Source of the DNA: Armatimonadota bacterium
GTDB taxonomy: Bacteria > Armatimonadota > Armatimonadia > Armatimonadales > Armatimonadaceae
DNA length: 57,440 nt
Assembly (NCBI GenBank): GCA_043754515.1
Contig: JAYUUO010000033.1
Coordinates: 1 to 57,440 of the forward strand
Direction: 5' to 3'
Part shown: positions 50,774 through 57,440 of the stretch, piece after piece
How the letters are laid out: each line of letters begins with the position of its first letter
How positions within the stretch are numbered: the stretch's first letter is position 1
Position numbers and translations under genes: made by a program
Notes under the pieces: generated by a model
Seen by the model: only the letters and a program-made list of their open reading frames with translations
What the model was told of the DNA's origin: nothing
Databases searched by the model: none

Positions 50774-51568
50774 TTACGCGCCGTGGAACGCGAGTAGTTC
50801 CGACAGTAGCTTGTCTTTCTCTTCGTAGGGCATCAGGTGCCCGCTGTGCTCGAAGCGAACGAACTTCGACCTGGCAATCATTTTGTGTTGCTTCTCGCCC
50901 GCCGCGAACGGCACGGCTTTGTCGTGGACGCCGTGGCAGATCAGCGTCGGCAAGGTAATCGCCTCGACGGATGCGGTCACATCCCGGTCGCGCAACTGCT
51001 CCAGACCCGCGAGTAGCGAGTTCACCGTCGCCTGAAGCCCTATGGAGTCCACGAACGCGTGTAGGGTATCGCTCGGCTTGTTGTGGAACGCGGCACTGAC
51101 GAAATCGTGGACGAACTGCGCGTGGTCCTTGCGCGTTTCGGCGAGGAACGTCTCGAACTGCGCCCTCCCCTTCGGATCCGCCCCCATCGCGGGAGCCGCC
51201 GCGCCCATCAGCACCAGTTTCGTGACCCGCCCGTCGGTCTGCCCGCCGACGTAATGCGCCGCGATCGCGCCGCCCATCGAGAACCCGGCGAGCGTCACGT
51301 TACGCAGGTCGAGCGCGGTCAGCACCGCGCGAATATCCGCGACCCACGTGTCGTAATCGTTGCCCTGCCACGGCTTGTCGGACTCGCCGTACCCGCGTAG
51401 GTCAATCCCGACCGCGCGATGACCGGCGTTCGCGAGTGCCAGCATCTGGTACTCGAACGTCCGGTGGCTGTACGGGTAGCCGTGGATGAGAACGACGGGC
51501 TTGCCAGTCTTCGGCCCGAAATCCTGCACGAACAGTTTCACATCGTCCGCGACGGTGATGAAAGGCAT
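50774..51568 (-). CDS. alpha/beta hydrolase (non-heme haloperoxidase/arylesterase-like)
   Basis: VVLIHGYP, DLRGYGES, GFSMGG, HGVHD, SGH. Confidence 0.9.
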   Translation of the reverse strand: MPFITVADDVKLFVQDFGPKTGKPVVLIHGYPYSHRTFEYQMLALANAGHRAVGIDLRGYGESDKPWQGNDYDTWVADIRAVLTALDLRNVTLAGFSMGGAIAAHYVGGQTDGRVTKLVLMGAAAPAMGADPKGRAQFETFLAETRKDHAQFVHDFVSAAFHNKPSDTLHAFVDSIGLQATVNSLLAGLEQLRDRDVTASVEAITLPTLICHGVHDKAVPFAAGEKQHKMIARSKFVRFEHSGHLMPYEEKDKLLSELLAFHGA

Positions 51569-51874
51569 GAGTTGTTCCCTTTGTAAGTTGGGTCGAGCGG
51601 ATGACAAAATCGCGAGCCGCCCGCTAGTTTGGTATATCAAAGTGGCGCGGGCATTCGCCGCGCCGGACTTGGTATACCCTAAAGACGGCTAAGTCAGAGA
51701 GGGAAGTTCTCCACGCCTACCCGAATGCCAATCACAAGTGAGTACCTGTGTCACCGCCTCTTACGACTTTTTGGCAGTCGGCCACGCGTGTTGCCCCCCG
51801 GTCGACCCGCGTGGCCGACCGGGGGGGGTGTCCCGGCTCTTCGACGAACCGCGTAATTCCCGATCCGATTCAGG

Positions 51875-52795
51875 CTACGACCGGACCGCGCCGACGATAT
51901 CCGAGACGCGCGTGAACCCGTTCGTCGTCAGGTACGCCGCGATGCCGTCCGCGATCTCGATCGCGGCGGTGGGGTTCGTGTAGTTAATGGTCCCCGTGGC
52001 GACCGCCGACGCCCCCGCTAGCAGGAACTCCACCGCGTCGGTCGCGTTTACAATGCCGCCCATGCCGATGAGGGGGATGCGGGCGACCTGCGCGACTTTG
52101 TATACCTGCCAGAGCGCGACCGGCTTTATAGCGGGGCCGGACAAGCCGCCGGTGATGTTGGCGAGGCGGAACGTGCGCTTGCGGGCGTCAATGCTCGTGC
52201 CGACCAGCGTATTGATCAGCGACAGGCCGTCCGCGCCCGCGTCCTCGGCGGCACGCGCGATGGGGCGAATATCGGTGACGTTCGGCGATAATTTGGCGAT
52301 CAGAGGTAGGGACGTCACCGCGCGGCACGCGGCGACCACGAGCGCGGTCTGCGCGGGGTCGGTCGCGAAGTCTAAGCCGTGCGAGACGTTCGGGCATGAG
52401 ATGTTCAACTCGATGGCGTCCGCGCCGCCCGCGTCGGTCAACCGTCGGCAGACGTACGCGAAGTCCTCGGGCGACTCGCCGGGCACGTTCACGATGATCG
52501 GGCAGTCGTGCCGACGCAGGAACGGCAGTTTCTCGGACAGGTAGTTGTCAATGCCGCCGTTCTGCAAGCCGATGGCGTTCAGAATGCCGCTCGGCGTTTC
52601 CACGATCCGGGTCGGCGGATTCCCGATTCGCGGCTGGCTCGTGGTCGCCTTAACCGTGATCGCGCCGAGTTTCGACAGGTCAACCAGGTCGGCGGTTTCG
52701 GAGCCGAACCCGAAGGTGCCGGACCCGACCGTGACCGGCGTCCGCATCACGAGCGAACCGATGCGCACCGACATATCCGGCGTGGTCAGTTCCAT
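51875..52795 (-). CDS. pyrD: dihydroorotate dehydrogenase class 1B, catalytic subunit
   Basis: SGTFGFG, LNAIGLQN, ELNISCPN, KLSPN, GGLSGPAIKP. Confidence 0.96.
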   Translation of the reverse strand: MELTTPDMSVRIGSLVMRTPVTVGSGTFGFGSETADLVDLSKLGAITVKATTSQPRIGNPPTRIVETPSGILNAIGLQNGGIDNYLSEKLPFLRRHDCPIIVNVPGESPEDFAYVCRRLTDAGGADAIELNISCPNVSHGLDFATDPAQTALVVAACRAVTSLPLIAKLSPNVTDIRPIARAAEDAGADGLSLINTLVGTSIDARKRTFRLANITGGLSGPAIKPVALWQVYKVAQVARIPLIGMGGIVNATDAVEFLLAGASAVATGTINYTNPTAAIEIADGIAAYLTTNGFTRVSDIVGAVRS

Positions 52796-53619
52796 TGAAT
52801 CTCCCCCGCCTCGAAGACAGGTCCCTCGACGCAACCGCGCACGAACTTGCCATCGGGGGTCGGCACCGCGCACCCCATGCAAATACCGATGCCGCACGGC
52901 ATGAACACCTCCAGCGACGCCTGACACGGGACGCCGTGACCGAGTGCCATCTGCGCGACAGCCTTCATCATCGGGGTCGGGCCGCAGGTGTAAAGCGTGA
53001 CGGGATCCGTGTTCGGTCGGGCGACGGATCCCCTATGAACCACGGGGTGCGTGCCGCCGAGCAACAGTTCGAGCACATCCGTGACGCGGCCGTGATGCCC
53101 GTGCGACCCGTCGTCGGTCGCGGGGAGAAGCGTCGCGCCCAGATCGTCCAGCCCGTCGGTGCCGACCAGGAAGTCCCGCGTCCGCGCGCCGTTCACGAAA
53201 ACCACGGATGCACTGGAGTCATTCGCGAGGATCTGGCGAGCCAGGAACGCGAGCGGGGGCACGCCGTAGCCGCCACCGACCATGATGTGGCGTGCGCCGG
53301 GGCGTGTATCCGCCGCGAACACTTTGCCGCCGAGCGGCCCGATCAGGTCCAGCGTGTCGCCGGGACCGTACCCCGCCATCGCCCGCGTACTCGGGCCGTA
53401 GACGGAGAACAGCACGGAGCAGTCGCCGGTCTCGGGATCGGCGGTGTAGACCGAGAAGGGGCGACGCAGGATCTGCGCCCCCGTTTCGGCGGACACGGCG
53501 ATGAAGTGGCCCGGACGCGCGTCGCGGGCGAGGCCGGGCGCGTGGAACGTCAGAACATGGTGGCCGGGGGCGGCGAGTCGGTCGTTGCGCACGACCGGGG
53601 CGAGGAATCGTTGAATCAC
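52786..53619 (-). CDS. pyrK: dihydroorotate dehydrogenase electron-transfer subunit
   Basis: LRRPFS, GPLG, GGGYGVPP, CGPTPMM, CGIGICMGC..C..GPVF [2Fe-2S]; GTG start inferred. Confidence 0.92.
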   Translation of the reverse strand: MIQRFLAPVVRNDRLAAPGHHVLTFHAPGLARDARPGHFIAVSAETGAQILRRPFSVYTADPETGDCSVLFSVYGPSTRAMAGYGPGDTLDLIGPLGGKVFAADTRPGARHIMVGGGYGVPPLAFLARQILANDSSASVVFVNGARTRDFLVGTDGLDDLGATLLPATDDGSHGHHGRVTDVLELLLGGTHPVVHRGSVARPNTDPVTLYTCGPTPMMKAVAQMALGHGVPCQASLEVFMPCGIGICMGCAVPTPDGKFVRGCVEGPVFEAGEIQWN

Positions 53620-53856
53620 GGGTGTATTAAGCGCGATTATACCGCCGGGAGCCTGTGCCGCGCCAATTCGGTAGGCGATAAACTCGGCGGGACCAACCGG
53701 ATGGGAACGTGCAATCGCGAATGCAGGAACGCCGCCCCCCGAAGGCGAACCTACCGCACGAGACGCGCCCGGCACGCACTTGAACGTTCCGCGACGCGCC
53801 CCGCAATTTCGTTTCACACCCTAAATACACCGAGGAAAGGTTTTCCTTTAACCATT

Positions 53857-54939
53857 ATGTCTGACAAACTGAAAGTCGCCGTGATCGGATGCGGCGGCAT
53901 CGCCAACGGCAAGCACCTCCCCGCTCTGCACCGGCTCGGCGCGAAACTAGATCTGGTCGCGTTCTGCGACATCGAAGAGCATAAGGCGACCTCCGCCGCG
54001 CACAAGTACGGAGTAACAGGCGCGGCGGTTCATACCGACTACCAGGCGTTGCTCGCCGCCGTGAAGCCGGATGTCGTCCACGTCTGTACCCCGAACGATT
54101 CCCACGCGCCGATCACCATCGCCGCGCTCGAAGCCGGGGCGCATGTGATGAGCGAGAAGCCGATGGCGAAACGCGCCGCCGCCGCCCGCGCCATGCTGGA
54201 GGCGTCCAAACGCACCGGCAAGAAACTCTCCGTCGGCTACCAGTCCCGCTTCCGCGCCGACTCGCAGATCCTGAAAAAGATGATAGTGAACAACGAACTC
54301 GGCGAAATCTATATGGCCAAGGGGCACGCCGTTCGCCGCCGCGCCGTCCCGACCTGGGGCGTTTTCCTGGACGCCGACAAGCAGGGCGGCGGGCCGCTGA
54401 TTGACATCGGGACGCACGCGCTGGACCTGACACTGTGGCTGATGGACAACTACGAGGTCGAGTCGGTCACCGGCTCCGTGTACCGCAAGCTAGCCGACCG
54501 CAAGAACGCCGCAAACGCCTGGGGACCGTGGGACCCGGAGATCTACACCGTCGAGGACTCGGCGTTCGGCTTCATTAAAATGAAGTCCGGCGCGAGCATC
54601 TTCCTGGAGTCGTCATGGGCACTGAACGAGCGACAGCCGAGCGAGGCGAACTGCACGCTGTACGGCACCGAGGGCGGCGCGGACTTCCGGGGCGGCCTCA
54701 ACATCAACGGCGAAAAGTTCGGCACGCTCTACGACACCAAGGTGCAGACCGGCGGCAACGGCGTGGCGTTCTTCGAGGCGAAAGAGGAGCGGCCTGAGTT
54801 CATGGAGGCGCAACTCTGGATTGACGCGATCCTGAATGACACGCAACCTGTCGTCACCGGGGAGCAGGCACTGGTCGTGTCCGAGATCCTGGACGCGATC
54901 TACGAATCGTCCTCGTCGGGCAAGACGATCACGTTCTGA
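53857..54939 (+). CDS. Gfo/Idh/MocA family oxidoreductase
   Basis: VIGCGGIA, CTPNDSH, HVMSEKP, GGGPLIDIGTH. Confidence 0.95.
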   Translation: MSDKLKVAVIGCGGIANGKHLPALHRLGAKLDLVAFCDIEEHKATSAAHKYGVTGAAVHTDYQALLAAVKPDVVHVCTPNDSHAPITIAALEAGAHVMSEKPMAKRAAAARAMLEASKRTGKKLSVGYQSRFRADSQILKKMIVNNELGEIYMAKGHAVRRRAVPTWGVFLDADKQGGGPLIDIGTHALDLTLWLMDNYEVESVTGSVYRKLADRKNAANAWGPWDPEIYTVEDSAFGFIKMKSGASIFLESSWALNERQPSEANCTLYGTEGGADFRGGLNINGEKFGTLYDTKVQTGGNGVAFFEAKEERPEFMEAQLWIDAILNDTQPVVTGEQALVVSEILDAIYESSSSGKTITF

Positions 54940-54960
54940 CATCTAGAGGCGCGTGAGGTT

Positions 54961-55002
54961 CGTCGGCGTTCGGGCGGGAGCGAATCCGCCCGGACGCCGA
55001 CG
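54961..55002 (+). terminator. strong 3' hairpin (terminator or stabiliser)
   Basis: CGTCGGCGTTCGGGCGG / CCGCCCGGACGCCGACG 17-bp stem with one G-U; no clear U-tract. Confidence 0.55.
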
Positions 55003-55124
55003 TTCAGGGCGGCTGCCTGTCCCCGTGAACAACTTGCCATACTCTGCCCGATATGCCATACTTCGGGGTAGCCACTAAAAGCGGAGAACATGCGAGCGAT
55101 TCCCTGCGTGTGCGGTCAGCCATC

Positions 55125-57059
55125 ATGACTATCGGTCGAACCAACCCCCTAAACAAGATCGCCCCTTTCGTCGTCGCCGGGCTGATCGGGGTCCTCTGCG
55201 CCCCCCCTGCCATCGCCGACCCACTACCCAGTACGGCGTCTCAGGCGGTCAAAACGGACGAACTTGCCGTCGCCTTCCCCACCGGCTACTGGATGTTCAC
55301 GCGGATCGCCGAACAACTGTCCGCAGGGGGCGAAGCTGTCTCCTGCGAGCCAGCATTGAAATGTTGCGTGGCCTTCGTCAGTCTCAAAGCACGCGACCAG
55401 AAAGACACCCTCGCCCTGCTCGGGGCGGCCCTCGATGTCGAGTTCGAGCCGACGAAGGACGACCCGCGTCGGTTCATGATGCGCCGCTCACGCGCCGTGT
55501 CGCGCCGCGAATCGGCCTGGCGCGACGGGCTCGCGAGCCGCCTCAAGGATCGCCTCGCGCCGATCCTGGAACAAGAGAGACAGAAGCGCGACAGCAACGA
55601 GGTGATGCCGACGCCAGCGGAGGACGCGCGGGCGCAGAAACAGATCATGGAAGTCAACGACGCGTACATCCACTCGACCGACCGGGACCAGCGCAAGATC
55701 TACGCCAAGAAGATCGCCGAGATTAGGAGCGTCCTCGACACCCCCCACGCGGCGGCGCGGCTGGCCCTGCTCTGGCTGGATCGGAACACGCTGCCGCTGG
55801 ACGAACTCGTCCGCGTGGGGTACACCGTTAGCGCGACGCCCGCCGTCTCTATAGACCCCGCACTGACGGAACACCTCCTGCTCGAAGACGCCGGCGTGAC
55901 CGAGGACCTGCGGCAGAAGCCGACCCGAACCGAACCCGATGACGTGGTCATGCACTCCATGATCCGGCTCAATCGGGACTCCGGCCGCATACAATGCCAG
56001 GTCATATTCCCGTTCGACACTTCGCATGGCAGAGCGATCATGGGTGCCCCCGGTCACTTCGGCATGTCTACGGCGGTCTATAGTTATGAGAACGCGGGCG
56101 GTCTGCTCGCCGCCCTCGTGGCGGGGAAGGAGACGGACAAGCCCGCCCCCGGCTTCGGCAGGGCGGCACTCCGGTGGCTACGCGATGCCAGGTCGGAGAC
56201 GGACCGGGCACTCGCCATGCCCGCCGCCCGCGAGAGGCCGAAGCCGACAGCGGGGGGAGCCGCGCCCGAACCCGGCTACCTATCCGCGTGGGTCGAGGCA
56301 TGGTCGAAGGCGAGCGGCGGCGAGGTCGTGATGGAGTTGTTCCCCGCCTCCGACCCGCTGGAGCCGGGGCCGGGGAAGAGCGGCACGCTCGCCGACCTGA
56401 TGAGCCAGCCGTCCGTGCGGGAACAGTGGGACGTGTCCGAGCGCGGCGGGGTGTTCCTGATCACCGACCGCTGGGCCTTCTGGGACCGCGCCCGCCCGGT
56501 GCCGACCGCCGCGCTGATGCCGCTCTTCCGGGACGGGAAGCCGGACGGCGGATCGAACATGGGGCCGGTGTTGCCCCGCGCATCGTGGTTCGCGTTCGTG
56601 AAAGATCTGGAGGCGATTCCGACGCGCCCCGGCGACAGGGTCTACAAGGAGTCGTTCTTTAACACGCGCCAGGTGGTCTACCGCGGCGTCCCCGTCGCCA
56701 AGCTCGCCGACGGCCTCCTGCCCTTCGCGGCGTGGTACGCCCTCGACGCGATCGGCCAGGGCAAAGAACTCGCGGACTTCCTGTCCAAAGATCACCCGGC
56801 GGATGCGAACCGGTCGGCGCGCGTTCCATTGAGCCGCCTGAGTCGCGGCGACCTGGAAACCTTGAACAAGCTCCGGGCGACATATGGCGCGTCGGAGTGG
56901 CTCTTCGAGGATCAGTTGGGCGGTGTGAATCTGGGAGAGTGCTCGCTGGCTCTGGAGATGGTCTCTTCCGCGCCGGGTAAGCGGACGTGTTATCTCAACC
57001 TTGAGGACAAGACGGGATTCCGCCTCCGCTCGGGCGAGTTGTCGTTTCCGGGAAAGTGA
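55125..57059 (+). CDS. large hypothetical exported protein
   Basis: Signal-peptide-like N-terminus (FVVAGLIGVLCAPPAIA); long ORF with host-like codon use; no recognised motif. Confidence 0.75.
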   Translation: MTIGRTNPLNKIAPFVVAGLIGVLCAPPAIADPLPSTASQAVKTDELAVAFPTGYWMFTRIAEQLSAGGEAVSCEPALKCCVAFVSLKARDQKDTLALLGAALDVEFEPTKDDPRRFMMRRSRAVSRRESAWRDGLASRLKDRLAPILEQERQKRDSNEVMPTPAEDARAQKQIMEVNDAYIHSTDRDQRKIYAKKIAEIRSVLDTPHAAARLALLWLDRNTLPLDELVRVGYTVSATPAVSIDPALTEHLLLEDAGVTEDLRQKPTRTEPDDVVMHSMIRLNRDSGRIQCQVIFPFDTSHGRAIMGAPGHFGMSTAVYSYENAGGLLAALVAGKETDKPAPGFGRAALRWLRDARSETDRALAMPAARERPKPTAGGAAPEPGYLSAWVEAWSKASGGEVVMELFPASDPLEPGPGKSGTLADLMSQPSVREQWDVSERGGVFLITDRWAFWDRARPVPTAALMPLFRDGKPDGGSNMGPVLPRASWFAFVKDLEAIPTRPGDRVYKESFFNTRQVVYRGVPVAKLADGLLPFAAWYALDAIGQGKELADFLSKDHPADANRSARVPLSRLSRGDLETLNKLRATYGASEWLFEDQLGGVNLGECSLALEMVSSAPGKRTCYLNLEDKTGFRLRSGELSFPGK

Positions 57060-57184
57060 CGCCTTATGCACCCAGTTGAAGTAACGAAACCACCTTTCCG
57101 CCCGCGCAAGCGGCTCCCGTTGAAACCAGGAGCCATGGGGCGTGCCTCCGTTGATAATTTACAGAGAAGGAATCGAACAGTTAA

Positions 57185-57440
57185 ATGAAAGCCATGATTT
57201 TGGGCGCGGGCATCGGGTCGCGCCTCGACCCGCTCACACGCTCCCTCCCCAAACCGCTCGTGCCTATCGTCGGAAAGCCGGTGATGGGTCACCTCGTTGA
57301 CCTGCTCAAAAAACACGGCTTCACCGACATCATGGTCAACGTCCAGTACCTCGGGCACCGCATTGAGGAGTCGCTCGGCGACGGCTCGGCGTACGGCGTG
57401 CGTATCTACTACTCCCGCGAGGACAAGTTGTGGGGCGACG
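57185..57440 (+). CDS. NDP-sugar synthase / nucleotidyltransferase (mannose-1-phosphate guanylyltransferase-like), partial at window end
   Basis: MKAMILGAGIGSRLDPLTRSLPKPLVPIVGKP, translated by hand. Confidence 0.9.
   Translation, partial: MKAMILGAGIGSRLDPLTRSLPKPLVPIVGKPVMGHLVDLLKKHGFTDIMVNVQYLGHRIEESLGDGSAYGVRIYYSREDKLWGD

Noticed and set aside
51777..51829. Hairpins around a GACCCGCGTG motif, also seen near 23390 and 28226
   Set aside because: The shared part is only about 10 GC-rich bases; too weak to call a repeat family; probably a 3' hairpin of pyrD

Overview
57.4-kb high-GC bacterial chromosome segment with about 48 CDS and one tRNA. The lineage is inferred to be Armatimonadota-like: Firmicutes-type genes (rnj, pyrK-pyrD, PASTA kinase next to rpe, rpmE-DUF1385) sit beside an outer-membrane beta-barrel gene. 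Most genes are housekeeping (lon, glgB, rpe, hemW, yceD, holA, rpmE2, rnj, xerD, rarA, dedA, ppa, pyrK/pyrD) or envelope/signalling genes (BlaI with a BlaR1-HAF fusion, split MprF with an esterase, PAS-PAS-anti-sigma). No CRISPR array, prophage or transposase is seen. Main observations: (1) a ~480-nt leader with a strong promoter and a fully nested multibranch RNA fold that closes next to the RBS of a 1413-aa GH42-like protein carrying long acidic and Arg-rich disordered arms; (2) a PrkC/PknB-like PASTA kinase with nearly all catalytic motifs degenerate; (3) a 52-bp AT-rich palindromic element present twice in inverted orientation; (4) a decayed tRNA-Thr(GGT) behind tRNA-Val, followed by two AT-richer paralogues; (5) a 213-bp MITE/REPIN-like element; (6) several apparently leaderless genes. 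All family calls come from motif recognition by eye; no database was searched.
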